The notes: generated by a model not told the origin, from the letters alone. DNA of 64,000 bases from Candidatus Levyibacteriota bacterium (GCA_052034235.1 JBPOIT010000009.1:136203-200202), one strand, 5' to 3'. Shown: positions 50,196 through 60,585, counted from the stretch's first letter. Translations and numbers: made by a program.

Positions 50196-50753
50196 ATGAC
50201 AGACACACAAGAAACATTTTTTACAAAAGAATTTGCACCAAAGTTACAAAAAAGCTTGGGTATTAAAAACGTCATGGCACTTCCACGACTCACAAAGATT
50301 GTCGTAAACATGGGTGTTAAGGATGCGATTGGTGATAAGAAAAACATTGAAAAAATGGCTCAGAATTTGGGCATTATCACTGGACAAAAAGCAAAGGTAA
50401 CTCGTGCGAAAAAAGCTATCGCTGGATTCAAACTTCGCCAAGGTGATGCGATCGGTTTGGTTGTCACGATCCGTGGTAAGAGAATGTATGCCTTTTACGA
50501 CAAACTCGTTAAAGTTGTTTTGCCTCGTATTAAAGATTTTCGAGGAGTACGCCGAACAAGTTTTGATGTTCAGGGTAATTACACATTGGGTCTTTATGAA
50601 TATTCAGTTTTTCCTGAAATTGATCCAGGAAGTGTTGAAAGGCTGCAAGGCATGGAAATTGTCTTTGTAACAAGTGCACGAACCAAAGAAGAAGGACTTG
50701 CTCTTCTTGAAGCACTTGGGATGCCGTTTACAAAAGAAGCGAAGCAAGCATAA
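50196..50753 (+). CDS. rplE: 50S ribosomal protein L5
   Basis: Internal ATG at 50196 (MTDTQ...) used. Confidence 0.93.
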   Translation: MTDTQETFFTKEFAPKLQKSLGIKNVMALPRLTKIVVNMGVKDAIGDKKNIEKMAQNLGIITGQKAKVTRAKKAIAGFKLRQGDAIGLVVTIRGKRMYAFYDKLVKVVLPRIKDFRGVRRTSFDVQGNYTLGLYEYSVFPEIDPGSVERLQGMEIVFVTSARTKEEGLALLEALGMPFTKEAKQA

Positions 50754-50811
50754 ATCGTGGGAAGTATGATATAATCCCAAGGCTAGAAATTCTTTACACA
50801 TTTAAAAAAAT

Positions 50812-50997
50812 ATGGCAAAAGTATCAGACATAGTAAAATTTAACAAAAAACAGAAATTTGCAACCCGCATGGTTAATCGCTGCGGTATCTGCGGCCGTTC
50901 ACGGGCGTATATTAGACGATTTGGTCTTTGCAGAATTTGTTTCCGAGAGCAAGCAAATAAAGGCGTGCTTCCCGGTATCTATAAAGCAACTTGGTAA
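50812..50997 (+). CDS. rpsZ: 30S ribosomal protein S14 type Z (zinc-binding)
   Basis: 61 aa with CxxC...CxxC. Confidence 0.93.
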   Translation: MAKVSDIVKFNKKQKFATRMVNRCGICGRSRAYIRRFGLCRICFREQANKGVLPGIYKATW

Positions 50998-51003
50998 ACT
51001 ATT

Positions 51004-51393
51004 ATGAATTATTCAGTCGGTGATTTCGTTATACAATTAAAAAATGCGGCAATGGCACGTAAACGTGAAGTGCAGGTCCCGTATTCAAATATCGCTAAGG
51101 CGATTTCAAAAGTCTTGATTAAAGAAGGCTTTGTTGAAACGGTGAGTGAAGAGAAAGACGGCGTCAAGCGTACGCTCGTTGTGAAACTCAGATATCAGCG
51201 CAGAAAACCATCAATAACTGACGTGAGGTTAATTTCAAAACCTTCACTGCGTGCATATCTTCCTGCAAAAGAAATTGGTGCATCACAAGGCAGATCAGCA
51301 ACAGCAATCCTTTCAACCAACGTGGGTATTCTCACAGGCAAGGATGCTATTAAAAAAGGCGTTGGCGGAGAATTGATATTTAAGATCTGGTAA
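51004..51393 (+). CDS. rpsH: 30S ribosomal protein S8
   Basis: 129 aa. Confidence 0.95.
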   Translation: MNYSVGDFVIQLKNAAMARKREVQVPYSNIAKAISKVLIKEGFVETVSEEKDGVKRTLVVKLRYQRRKPSITDVRLISKPSLRAYLPAKEIGASQGRSATAILSTNVGILTGKDAIKKGVGGELIFKIW

Positions 51394-51409
51394 ATGGAGA
51401 AATATATTT

Positions 51410-51961
51410 ATGTCAAAAATAGGAAAATTACCAATTACATTAGCAAATGGCGTATCAGTAGCGATACAAGGTGACCAGGCACAGGTAAATGGTCCTAAAG
51501 GAAATGTGTCATACACAATTCCAGCAGGTATTGTTGTAGCTGTGGAAGAAGGAAGAGTTGTTGTCACTGCTGAAAATAAACAAGATAGAGCTGTGAGAGC
51601 ATTATTCGGACTGACACGCGCAAATCTTGCTAATATAATAAAGGGCGTTGATACAGGCTTTGAAAAGAAACTTGAGATGACCGGTGTCGGTTATCGAGCA
51701 GTAATGCAGGGTGCAATGCTGCAATTATCGTTAGGTTTTTCACATCCTGTGAAGTTCACACCTCCTGCGGGTATTACGCTCTCTGTTGTTGATAACGCAA
51801 TTATCGTAACAGGCAGTGATAAAATTGCAGTAGGCCAAATGGCTGCACTCATAAGAGCTGTTAAGCCACCAGAACCTTATAAAGGAAAAGGAATCAAATA
51901 CGCAGGAGAACATGTGAGGCGCAAGGCTGGTAAAGCAGCAAAAGCAGCTGGAGCAAAATAA
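51410..51961 (+). CDS. rplF: 50S ribosomal protein L6
   Basis: 183 aa. Confidence 0.95.
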   Translation: MSKIGKLPITLANGVSVAIQGDQAQVNGPKGNVSYTIPAGIVVAVEEGRVVVTAENKQDRAVRALFGLTRANLANIIKGVDTGFEKKLEMTGVGYRAVMQGAMLQLSLGFSHPVKFTPPAGITLSVVDNAIIVTGSDKIAVGQMAALIRAVKPPEPYKGKGIKYAGEHVRRKAGKAAKAAGAK

Positions 51962-51963
51962 GT

Positions 51964-52320
51964 ATGAATAACGTTAATAACAAATTAGCAAAAACACAAA
52001 GACAAACAAGGATAAGAAGTAAAATTACTAAAACTTCTGATCGCCCTCGTTTGAGTGTCTCACGCTCAAATAGATATGTTTTTGCGCAAATCATCGATAA
52101 GAATGGTAATGCAATTATCGGATTGTCAGAAAAAACATTAAAAGCGGATATTAAAAAGACAACGCCAATTGAGAGAGCACGTGAACTCGGAGCAGCAATA
52201 GCAAAAGTAGCACTTGAGAAAAAAGTAAAGGAAGTTGTTTTTGACAAAGGCAGTTATGCATACCACGGCCGTGTTAAAGCAGTCGCAGAAGGTGCACGAG
52301 AAGGAGGATTAAGTTTCTAA
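51964..52320 (+). CDS. rplR: 50S ribosomal protein L18
   Basis: 118 aa. Confidence 0.93.
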   Translation: MNNVNNKLAKTQRQTRIRSKITKTSDRPRLSVSRSNRYVFAQIIDKNGNAIIGLSEKTLKADIKKTTPIERARELGAAIAKVALEKKVKEVVFDKGSYAYHGRVKAVAEGAREGGLSF

Positions 52321-52321
52321 T

Positions 52322-52825
52322 ATGCAAAACAGAAATAGACAACAGAATTATCAGCAGACACCAAGCGAATTTGAAGAAAAGATCGTTCAAATCAACCGTG
52401 TCTCTAAAAAGACCAAAGGTGGTAACAAAGTAGGTTTTTCCGCACTTACTGTTGTTGGTGACAGAAAAGGCAAAGTTGGCGTTGGACTTGGAAAAGCACC
52501 TGACGTTGCAAGTGCAATCAGAAAAGGTATCTCCCAGGCAAAAAAACATATGATTGAAGTACCACTTGTTAACGGTACTATTCCATTTAGAATCGATATC
52601 AAATTGGGTGCAGCAAAAATCATGCTTAAACCAGCACCTCCAGGATCAGGTATTATTGCAGGTGGTGCAGTTCGTAACGTTGTGTCAGCAGCTGGCATTG
52701 TGAACATCTCAAGTAAAATGCTTGGAACGACCAATAAAATCAGTAACATCTATGCAACACTGGAAGCACTCAAGCGAGTAAGTGATCAAGCAGAACGAAC
52801 AAAAGAAAGGATTGTTAAAAAATAA
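52322..52825 (+). CDS. rpsE: 30S ribosomal protein S5
   Basis: 167 aa. Confidence 0.95.
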   Translation: MQNRNRQQNYQQTPSEFEEKIVQINRVSKKTKGGNKVGFSALTVVGDRKGKVGVGLGKAPDVASAIRKGISQAKKHMIEVPLVNGTIPFRIDIKLGAAKIMLKPAPPGSGIIAGGAVRNVVSAAGIVNISSKMLGTTNKISNIYATLEALKRVSDQAERTKERIVKK

Positions 52826-52834
52826 CACACACCT

Positions 52835-53275
52835 ATGGATTTATCGAATCTTAGCAAATTACCAACAAAGAAAAAGAGACGTCTAGGACAAGGACATGGT
52901 TCAGGTCGTGTCAAAACATCCGGGCGTGGTACAAAAGGTACAAAAGCTCGTTATCATGTGCCACTAGATTTTGAAGGTGGAGCATTACCACTCATGAAGC
53001 GTTTACCGTTTCTTCGCGGAAAAGGTAAATTTAAGTCAATCAAACCTAAGCAGGTCGTTGTATCGGCTGATTCGCTCAATGTCTTCCCAAAGAATGCAAC
53101 AGTTGATCGTGAAAGCTTAATCAAACAAAAACTCATTCCAGCAGAGACATCACGACATCAAGGTGTTAAAATATTAGCAGGTGAATCTTTAACCGTTGCT
53201 CTCACAGTGAAGGTGCAAGTTTCAAAGAGTGCAGCAGCACAAATTGAAAAAGCAGGCGGCAGCGTAGAACTGTAA
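52835..53275 (+). CDS. rplO: 50S ribosomal protein L15 (directly follows S5; no L30 gene)
   Basis: 146 aa. Confidence 0.93.
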   Translation: MDLSNLSKLPTKKKRRLGQGHGSGRVKTSGRGTKGTKARYHVPLDFEGGALPLMKRLPFLRGKGKFKSIKPKQVVVSADSLNVFPKNATVDRESLIKQKLIPAETSRHQGVKILAGESLTVALTVKVQVSKSAAAQIEKAGGSVEL

Positions 53276-53376
53276 AATAGTTTTCAGTTTCTAATTTTCA
53301 ATTTTCAATCACAGCCCAAATGGTAATACGCAGTGAGCTATTGAAAATTCACTGAAAATCGTAAATTGAAAATTTC

Positions 53377-54669
53377 GTGAATAACTTTCTTAACACACTA
53401 AAAAGCAGCTTCAAATCACCCGAACTACGTAACAAGATTTTGTTTACGCTCGGCATTTTCCTCGTATTCCGTTTCTTAGCACATATCCCAGTTGCAGGTG
53501 TTGACCTTGAAGCAATTAAAAGTTTGTTTGCAGGCAACCAGTTCTTGGGCTTACTAAACATTTTTTCAGGAGGCACTCTGGCTAATTTCTCGATCATGGC
53601 CTTGGGTTTGAATCCATACATTAACGCTTCCATTATTGTGCAGCTGTTGACTATGGTGTTCCCTAAGCTTGAAGAATTGCAAAAAGAAGGAGAATCAGGA
53701 AGAAAAAAGCTTAGCCAATACACTCGTATTTTAACCATACCACTTGCTGTGCTTCAGGCAATCGGTATGTTTGCCCTTCTTCGAAGTCAAAGTATTATTG
53801 GTAATTTAGATCCATTGATGCTTATCTCATTTATTTTTACTATGGTTGCGGGAACGATGCTGCTTGTGTGGCTGGGAGAACTTATTACTGAGCGTGGTGT
53901 CGGGAATGGTATTTCTCTTCTTATCTTTGGTGGTATTGTCGGACAGCTACCTGTTGTTATCGGACAGACGCTTTCCACGGCTTCTGCAGAAACGATTGTG
54001 ACCTATGCACCGTTTATCGTTATGGCACTTGCCGTTATTGTGGGGATTATCGTTGTGAATGAAGCTACCAGGCAAATACCTGTACACTATGCAAGACGCC
54101 TTCGTGGGAACAGATCATCAAGTGGACAAAATACACATTTGCCGCTTCGCTTAAATCAAGCTGGTGTTATACCGATTATCTTTGCTGTCTCCATTGTGCT
54201 TTTGCCGTCACTTATCGCAGGAGTACTGCAGACATCATCAAACGAAGTTGCAAAAAATATTGCTCAACAGTTAAATATTTGGTTTAACCCATCGGGTCTA
54301 GGATACAACGTATTGTACTTCTTACTTGTCGTTGGTTTTACCTTTTTCTATACTGCAGTTGTTTTTAACCCCAAAAAGATTTCAGATGATATCCAAAAGT
54401 ATGGCGGCTTTATTCCTGGCATTAGACCAGGAACTCCTACTTCTCGTTACCTTAACTACATTTTGACACGCATTACGTTAGTTGGAGCCATGTTCTTAGG
54501 TTTAGTCGCTATATTGCCAGAAATCGCTCGAGTACTTACCGGAGTGCAAACAATGCTTTTAGGTGGTACAGGTATCCTTATTGTTGTCAGTGTGGCGCTT
54601 GAAACATATAAGCAAATTGAAGCAAATCTCGTTATGAGAAATTATGAAGGGTTTTTAGATAGAAAATGA
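53377..54669 (+). CDS. secY: preprotein translocase SecY (GTG start)
   Basis: 430 aa, 10 TM. Confidence 0.95.
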   Translation: MNNFLNTLKSSFKSPELRNKILFTLGIFLVFRFLAHIPVAGVDLEAIKSLFAGNQFLGLLNIFSGGTLANFSIMALGLNPYINASIIVQLLTMVFPKLEELQKEGESGRKKLSQYTRILTIPLAVLQAIGMFALLRSQSIIGNLDPLMLISFIFTMVAGTMLLVWLGELITERGVGNGISLLIFGGIVGQLPVVIGQTLSTASAETIVTYAPFIVMALAVIVGIIVVNEATRQIPVHYARRLRGNRSSSGQNTHLPLRLNQAGVIPIIFAVSIVLLPSLIAGVLQTSSNEVAKNIAQQLNIWFNPSGLGYNVLYFLLVVGFTFFYTAVVFNPKKISDDIQKYGGFIPGIRPGTPTSRYLNYILTRITLVGAMFLGLVAILPEIARVLTGVQTMLLGGTGILIVVSVALETYKQIEANLVMRNYEGFLDRK

Positions 54670-55214
54670 AAATAGTACTTATCGGCATCCAAGGATCAGG
54701 AAAATCAACACAAGGCAATCTCTTAAGTGAGAAGCTTGGTGTACCATATCTTTCAACAGGACATATCTTCAGAAAAATGGCAAAAGAACAAACGAAGATT
54801 GGCCGGTATATTAAAGAAGTGATGAACGCAGGCTATCTCATTCCTGATGAAAAAACACTCAAAATTGTCGCTGAGTATTTGTCACGACCTGAATACGAAA
54901 AAGGCTACATTCTGGATGGGTTTCCACGCACGATAGCACAAGCGGAGTCTTTTGAAAATGGTATTGATAAAGTACTTTATCTGGATGTCTCTGATAAAGA
55001 ATCACATGCGAGAATTGCAGGTCGTCATGCAGACGGTGCGACACGTGAAGATGATACGGATAGTGCAATCAATAGACGCATTGAACTTTTTCATAAATTT
55101 ACCAAACCAGTCCTCGAGTTTTACGATAAAAAAGGTATTTTATCCACATTTAACGGTGAAGAGTCAATTGAAGATATTCACAAGAATATCATGAAGGTGT
55201 TTGACAACAAATAA
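54666..55214 (+). CDS. adk: adenylate kinase (short form lacking the zinc lid)
   Basis: [11 protein letters not shown]-loop; ATGA overlap with secY. Confidence 0.93.
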   Translation: MKIVLIGIQGSGKSTQGNLLSEKLGVPYLSTGHIFRKMAKEQTKIGRYIKEVMNAGYLIPDEKTLKIVAEYLSRPEYEKGYILDGFPRTIAQAESFENGIDKVLYLDVSDKESHARIAGRHADGATREDDTDSAINRRIELFHKFTKPVLEFYDKKGILSTFNGEESIEDIHKNIMKVFDNK

Positions 55215-55219
55215 CGTCT

Positions 55220-55912
55220 ATGCCACAAGGATTTGCAATTGCTATTGATGGACCTGTCGCTTCGGGGAAAGGCACAATAGCACAGCGGCTTTCCCAGGAC
55301 TTACATGGATTTTATCTCTATTCTGGAGGCATGTATCGGGCTGTAGCGCTTGCATGTATAACAGGTGGCTATGATGTGACAAATCCCGAACAGGTAATTC
55401 GTGCACTGGCAAAGTCTGATATACGAGTTGGTCCTGAACATCAGGTTATGTTAAATGGGCAGGACGTTACTGACAGGATTAAAGAGTCAGATACAGCAAG
55501 CGGTGGCTCAATCATAGCGGTCATACCGCATGTGAGAAAAATTCTTGTCAAAAAGCAGCAAGAGCTTGCACATGAGGCTATCTCTCAAGGGCAAATCGTT
55601 GTCGCAGAGGGCCGTGATACAGGTACAGTTGTTTTACCTGATGCAGCAGTCAAAATCTTTTTAACTGCATCGCCTGAAGTACGAGCGAGAAGAAGACTAG
55701 CTCAGTATAAAGAACCTGAATCAGAACTCGCAGCAATGATTGCGACGATTAAAGAACGGGATGAACGTGATACGGGACGAAAAATTGATCCGTTACCAAC
55801 ACGTCCTGAGGAATTAGGATATGTCATTATCGATAATTCGAATATGACAGAAGATGAAACAATCAATGCGATAGAGCAAGAACTGAAAAAGAAAACATTG
55901 ATAACAAAATAA
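55220..55912 (+). CDS. cmk: cytidylate kinase
   Basis: IAIDGPVASGKGT; positioned between adk and map. Confidence 0.85.
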   Translation: MPQGFAIAIDGPVASGKGTIAQRLSQDLHGFYLYSGGMYRAVALACITGGYDVTNPEQVIRALAKSDIRVGPEHQVMLNGQDVTDRIKESDTASGGSIIAVIPHVRKILVKKQQELAHEAISQGQIVVAEGRDTGTVVLPDAAVKIFLTASPEVRARRRLAQYKEPESELAAMIATIKERDERDTGRKIDPLPTRPEELGYVIIDNSNMTEDETINAIEQELKKKTLITK

Positions 55913-55922
55913 AACTAAACGT

Positions 55923-56687
55923 ATGATTCATATTAAAACACAAGAAGAAATAGAAATAATGCAACATGGAGGGAAAATCCTTTCAGATGTGTTGTGGGAA
56001 GTCATGCATGCAATTAAGCCTGGTGTGACTGAAGATGAGTTAGATAAACTCGCTGAAAAACTCATTCTTGCCAGAGGTGGAGAACCAGGTTTTAAAAAAG
56101 TCCACGGTTATAAGCACACGATTTGCGCATCAACAAATGATGTTGTTGTGCACGGCATTCCAAATCACATCAAATTTAAAGCAGGAGACGTCGTAGGAGT
56201 AGATTGTGGTGTTTATTATAAAGGGTTTCATACTGATATGGCCGAAACCAGAATTGTCCCAGGAGGCAAAGGTGAAGCACTAAAGGAAATCGAGTCATTT
56301 TTGGAAATTGGAAAAAACGGTATGCTTGAAGCAATTAAAATGGCAATTCCTGGAAATAGAGTTGGACATATCTCAAAAAAAATGCAGGATATTGTTGAAA
56401 AACAAGGCGGTTACAGTATTGTTCGAAGTCTTATCGGGCATGGTGTCGGACGAGAACTGCATGAAGCACCAGAAGTGCCAGGCTATTTAGCCCAGCCAAT
56501 TGAGCGAACGCCGCTTCTTAAAGTTGGTATGACCATTGCGATTGAGGCTATTTATAATATTGGACACAAAGATGTCATGCTTGATCCCGACGGCTGGACG
56601 ATCAGAACCCGGGACGGAAAAATGGCTGGACTGTTTGAAAGATCAATTGTAATTACCAAAGACGGCCCGGTATTATTGACGCCATAA
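55923..56687 (+). CDS. map: methionine aminopeptidase type I
   Basis: 254 aa, pita-bread fold motifs. Confidence 0.93.
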   Translation: MIHIKTQEEIEIMQHGGKILSDVLWEVMHAIKPGVTEDELDKLAEKLILARGGEPGFKKVHGYKHTICASTNDVVVHGIPNHIKFKAGDVVGVDCGVYYKGFHTDMAETRIVPGGKGEALKEIESFLEIGKNGMLEAIKMAIPGNRVGHISKKMQDIVEKQGGYSIVRSLIGHGVGRELHEAPEVPGYLAQPIERTPLLKVGMTIAIEAIYNIGHKDVMLDPDGWTIRTRDGKMAGLFERSIVITKDGPVLLTP

Positions 56688-56704
56688 TAGATTGATATAG
56701 AATG

Positions 56705-56733
56705 TTGCTCTTTTGAGCCTAGTTTGCTATAAT
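56705..56733 (+). promoter_or_regulatory. candidate promoter upstream of infA (-35 TTGCTC, 17-nt spacer, -10 TATAAT)
   Basis: Read from sequence. Confidence 0.3.
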
Positions 56734-56739
56734 CGTTCA

Positions 56740-56958
56740 ATGGCTCACCAAGGGTCTTTCGAAAAAGACGGAATTGTACGAGAAGCACTGCCTAATACGC
56801 TGTTTAGAGTTGAACTTGACGACGGGTCAGTCGTTCTCTGCCATCTCTCAGGTAAAATGCGAATGCACTTTATAAAAATCCTTCCTGGGGATAAAGTGCG
56901 TATAGAGATGACTCCGTATGATCAGGATCGCGGTAGAATCATGTATCGATATAAATAA
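56740..56958 (+). CDS. infA: translation initiation factor IF-1
   Basis: [19 protein letters not shown]...; S1-like OB fold. Confidence 0.93.
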   Translation: MAHQGSFEKDGIVREALPNTLFRVELDDGSVVLCHLSGKMRMHFIKILPGDKVRIEMTPYDQDRGRIMYRYK

Positions 56959-56970
56959 TGGGGAATAACT

Positions 56971-57084
56971 ATGAAAGTACAAGCAAGTGTCAAAAAAAGA
57001 TGTCTTAAATGCAAAATTATCCGCAGACGCGGAGTTGTTCGCGTTACATGCGAAAATCCAAGACATAAACAAAGACAAGGATAA
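56971..57084 (+). CDS. rpmJ: 50S ribosomal protein L36 (37 aa; below the ORF-track cutoff)
   Basis: [37 protein letters not shown] matches L36 MKVRASVKK..C.NCK...R.G...V.C..P.HKQRQG. Confidence 0.9.
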   Translation: MKVQASVKKRCLKCKIIRRRGVVRVTCENPRHKQRQG

Positions 57085-57087
57085 ATT

Positions 57088-57495
57088 ATGAGAGTAGTAG
57101 GAGTAAACTTACCAGACGAAAAGAGAATTGATATCGCATTGACGTATATCTATGGCATAGGCAGAAGTAATGTTTTGCCAGTTTTGAAAGAAGCAAATAT
57201 TGATGTCGCAACACGAACAAAGAATTTAACAGAAGATGAAGTAAAACGTCTGACACGAGCTCTGGATCCTTACAAGATCGAAGGAGACTTGCGAGCAGAG
57301 ATTGCAACAAATGTAAGACGACTGAAGGATATAGGCAGTTATCGTGGCAAACGACATGCACAAGGTCTGCCATCACGTGGACAGAGAACTCGATCAAACG
57401 CACGTACAAAGAGAGGCAAGAGAGTAACCATCGGTGCAGTCAAGAAAGAGGTAATGGCAAAGATGGAAGCAGCCCAGAAAGCAAAGGGCAAGTAA
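57088..57495 (+). CDS. rpsM: 30S ribosomal protein S13
   Basis: 135 aa. Confidence 0.95.
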   Translation: MRVVGVNLPDEKRIDIALTYIYGIGRSNVLPVLKEANIDVATRTKNLTEDEVKRLTRALDPYKIEGDLRAEIATNVRRLKDIGSYRGKRHAQGLPSRGQRTRSNARTKRGKRVTIGAVKKEVMAKMEAAQKAKGK

Positions 57496-57499
57496 ACCT

Positions 57500-57904
57500 A
57501 TGGCAAAGCAAACCAAAAAAACAAATAAAGTAACAAAAAAGAAATCAGCACTTAATGTGACTGAACATGGACGTGTATATATTACATCAACCTTTAATAA
57601 TACACTCGTTACAGTAACGAACGATAAAGGTGACACGCTCGGTTGGAGTAGTGCTGGAGCGAAAGGTTTTAAAGGCGCACGTAAATCAACACCATACGCT
57701 GCAAACATGGCAGTAGAGGATGTTGTTAAGAAAATTGTCGAACAGGGACTCAAGACAGCCGATGTTTTTGTGAAAGGACCTGGATCGGGTCGTGATTCAT
57801 CACTCAGAGGTATCAAAAACGCAGGAGTTGTGATTTCATCAATTGAAGATGTTACGCCAATGCCACATAATGGACCAAGGGCAAAGAATAGGAGAAGAGT
57901 CTAA
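57500..57904 (+). CDS. rpsK: 30S ribosomal protein S11
   Basis: 134 aa. Confidence 0.95.
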   Translation: MAKQTKKTNKVTKKKSALNVTEHGRVYITSTFNNTLVTVTNDKGDTLGWSSAGAKGFKGARKSTPYAANMAVEDVVKKIVEQGLKTADVFVKGPGSGRDSSLRGIKNAGVVISSIEDVTPMPHNGPRAKNRRRV

Positions 57905-57908
57905 TACT

Positions 57909-58511
57909 ATGGGAAGATATACTGGACCAAAACATAAATTAGCAAGACGTGAAGGTGTAAACCTGCTTGAAAAAACATCAGGAAGTCTCATGAGACGACT
58001 GAATGTCCCACCAGGTGTCCACGGCAGACGTGGAAAGCGTCGTCCATCAGAATTTGGAGCACAGCTTCGTGAGAAACAAAAGGCAAAGGTAATGTACGGC
58101 ATGTACGAGAGACAGTTCAAAAAAATCGTTGCTGAAGCAACTCGTCAAACAGGAGATACAGAAGAACTGTTGCTGTCACTTTTGGAACGAAGACTCGATA
58201 ATATTGTGTATCGTCTTGGTTTCGCATCATCTCGTATGATGGCACGCCAAACAGTTACCCATGGACATATTCTAGTTAATGACAAAAAAATGTCTATCCC
58301 TTCCTATACAGTTAATGAAGGTGATACAATAACACTTGGCGGCAAAATGCAAAAGAATCCAGATGTCGTCAAATTATTTGCTGAAAAAGTAGAGACAGCA
58401 ACATTCTTAGAAAAGAAGGGACCTGTAGGAAAACTTAAGAGGATTCCAAAAGCAGACGATATTCAGGCACCTTTTAATACAAGACAGATTATTGAATATT
58501 ATTCAAGATAG
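57909..58511 (+). CDS. rpsD: 30S ribosomal protein S4
   Basis: MGRYTGPKHKLARREG; internal ATG used. Confidence 0.93.
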   Translation: MGRYTGPKHKLARREGVNLLEKTSGSLMRRLNVPPGVHGRRGKRRPSEFGAQLREKQKAKVMYGMYERQFKKIVAEATRQTGDTEELLLSLLERRLDNIVYRLGFASSRMMARQTVTHGHILVNDKKMSIPSYTVNEGDTITLGGKMQKNPDVVKLFAEKVETATFLEKKGPVGKLKRIPKADDIQAPFNTRQIIEYYSR

Positions 58512-58529
58512 TGATATAATAGGGATCTT

Positions 58530-59456
58530 ATGGATGACTTTAACTTTAAAGTAAAAGAAATAACAACCGCCGAAGACTTCGGTGAGTTTGTCATTGAACC
58601 GTTAGAACCGGGCTATGGACACACAATGGGAAATGCTTTGAGACGTGTGCTTTACACATCGATCGCAGGAGCAGCAGTTACCAGTGTTCGTATTACTGGT
58701 GTCAAACACAAGTTCTCAACCCTTACCGGTTTGAAAGAGAATATCATTGACTTGCTCTTAAACATTAAAGAACTTAACATCAAACTTCTTGATGATCGCC
58801 CAAATGCAACCATCAAACTTTCAGTTAAAGGACCAAAACAAATTACAGCAGCTGACCTTGAAGTAACAGATGGTGTTGAAATTGTTAACAAAGATCAATA
58901 CATCGGTTCACTTTCAGGTGATAAATCAAAACTTGAAATGGAACTTACCGTCGAAAGAGGTATGGGTTATTCACTCGCAGAAGAAAGACGTGCTTCAGCA
59001 CTCGGTGTTATCACCTCAGATGCAGTGTTTACACCAATTCGTCGTGTTACTTATGAAGTCTCAGCAACCCGTGTTGGTCGCCGAACTGATCTTGACAAGG
59101 TAATTCTTAAGATTTGGACAAATGGTACAGTCGCACCAGCAGATGCTCTTCAGAACGCAGCAAAGATATTAACATCTTTCTTCCAACAAGTGCATGAGCC
59201 AAAAGCTTCAGATGCAGTTGCAGAAGGTCCAACACCTACCAGTACCGTTCCACAAAATGTGCTTAAAATGACAATTGACGAACTTGATCTTCCTACCCGG
59301 ATCTACAATAGTTTGAGAAACGGTGGAATTGAAACAATTGAACAGCTGCTCAGCGCACCACGCAAAGATTTAATCTCCATGAGAAACATGGGAGGCAAAT
59401 CAATCTCAGTCATTGAAGAAAAACTACAAGAAAAAGGAATCAGCTTAAATATTTAA
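58530..59456 (+). CDS. rpoA: DNA-directed RNA polymerase subunit alpha
   Basis: 308 aa, NTD and CTD. Confidence 0.95.
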   Translation: MDDFNFKVKEITTAEDFGEFVIEPLEPGYGHTMGNALRRVLYTSIAGAAVTSVRITGVKHKFSTLTGLKENIIDLLLNIKELNIKLLDDRPNATIKLSVKGPKQITAADLEVTDGVEIVNKDQYIGSLSGDKSKLEMELTVERGMGYSLAEERRASALGVITSDAVFTPIRRVTYEVSATRVGRRTDLDKVILKIWTNGTVAPADALQNAAKILTSFFQQVHEPKASDAVAEGPTPTSTVPQNVLKMTIDELDLPTRIYNSLRNGGIETIEQLLSAPRKDLISMRNMGGKSISVIEEKLQEKGISLNI

Positions 59457-59585
59457 TTTAGTATCTCAAATCTTAGATCTCAAATGGCAAGAATATACTG
59501 ATCGCAAATATAAGTTAACTGGAAATAGGATTTAAGATTTGCGCAGGTGAGTTTGCCCATTAAGACTTAGGATTTGAGTTTTTTT

Positions 59586-60125
59586 ATGAAAAAAAATGTT
59601 TTTGGAAGACAATTTAAAAGAGATGCAAATGAGCGCAAAGCGCTTTTTAAAAACTTGCTGACTTCTTTAGTCATGGAAGAGCGCATTCAAACAACTGAAG
59701 CGAAAGCGAAGGCTATTAAAGCTGCAGCTGACAAATTAGTAACCCGCGCAAAAAAAGGTGGAGCAAGTGCAGAGCGTTTTCTTTCACCAGATGTCAATCA
59801 CAATGCGGTTGTTAAGCTGATAAAAGATATTGCCCCTCGCTTTGAAGGTCGTCAAGGTGGTTACACCAGAATTATCAAAGTTAAAAACAGAATTGCAGAT
59901 AATGCGCCACAAGTGCTTATGGAGTGGACAGTTATACCAGAACCTGTTAAGGTAGAACCAAAAGCAAAGAAAGCAGGCAAAGCGGTACCAGCTAAACCAA
60001 AAGCAGCAAAGGCAACCGAAACAGTTGAAGCAGCAGTGGTTGCACCAAAAGAAAAACCAGGAAAAGAACAAGCAACAAAACCAGGAATCTTTAAGAGATT
60101 GGTAACACGACAAAAGAAAGGCTAA
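59586..60125 (+). CDS. rplQ: 50S ribosomal protein L17 with a Lys/Ala/Pro-rich C-terminal extension
   Basis: MKKNVFGRQFKRDANERKALFKNLLTSL; start could be 59574. Confidence 0.9.
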   Translation: MKKNVFGRQFKRDANERKALFKNLLTSLVMEERIQTTEAKAKAIKAAADKLVTRAKKGGASAERFLSPDVNHNAVVKLIKDIAPRFEGRQGGYTRIIKVKNRIADNAPQVLMEWTVIPEPVKVEPKAKKAGKAVPAKPKAAKATETVEAAVVAPKEKPGKEQATKPGIFKRLVTRQKKG

Positions 60126-60127
60126 TT

Positions 60128-60571
60128 ATGAATCACGCAGCAATGACCCAAACAACAAAAGTATCAGATATCAAGCGCGAATGGCATTTGGTTGATGTCA
60201 AAGATTTGGCAATAGGTCGTGTCAGTTCAAAGATTGCACAACTTTTGATGGGTAAGAGTAAGCCATATTTTGTCCGCAATCTTGATTGTGGTGATTACGT
60301 GGTTATCATCAATGCAAAAGAAGTGAAAGCAACCGGTAACAAAGAAGAACAAAAGAATTATTATCGTCATTCAGGATATCCAGGCGGTTTCAAACAGGAA
60401 ACCCTCAGAGAGCTGAGAGCACGAAAACCTGAAGAAATCATCGTTCATGCAGTAAAGGGCATGTTGCCGCAAAACAAGCTGCGTGATAGAATGCTGAGAC
60501 GGTTATTTGTATTCGCTGGAGAAGAACATAAATATCAGGATAAGTTCAAAAATACAAAAACAAGTGAGTAA
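60128..60571 (+). CDS. rplM: 50S ribosomal protein L13
   Basis: 147 aa. Confidence 0.93.
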   Translation: MNHAAMTQTTKVSDIKREWHLVDVKDLAIGRVSSKIAQLLMGKSKPYFVRNLDCGDYVVIINAKEVKATGNKEEQKNYYRHSGYPGGFKQETLRELRARKPEEIIVHAVKGMLPQNKLRDRMLRRLFVFAGEEHKYQDKFKNTKTSE

Positions 60572-60585
60572 TTATAAATAATACT

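Noticed and set aside
53349-53738. 129-aa minus-strand ORF overlapping the secY start
   Set aside because: Antisense to a highly conserved gene and spans the repeat-rich spacer; spurious.
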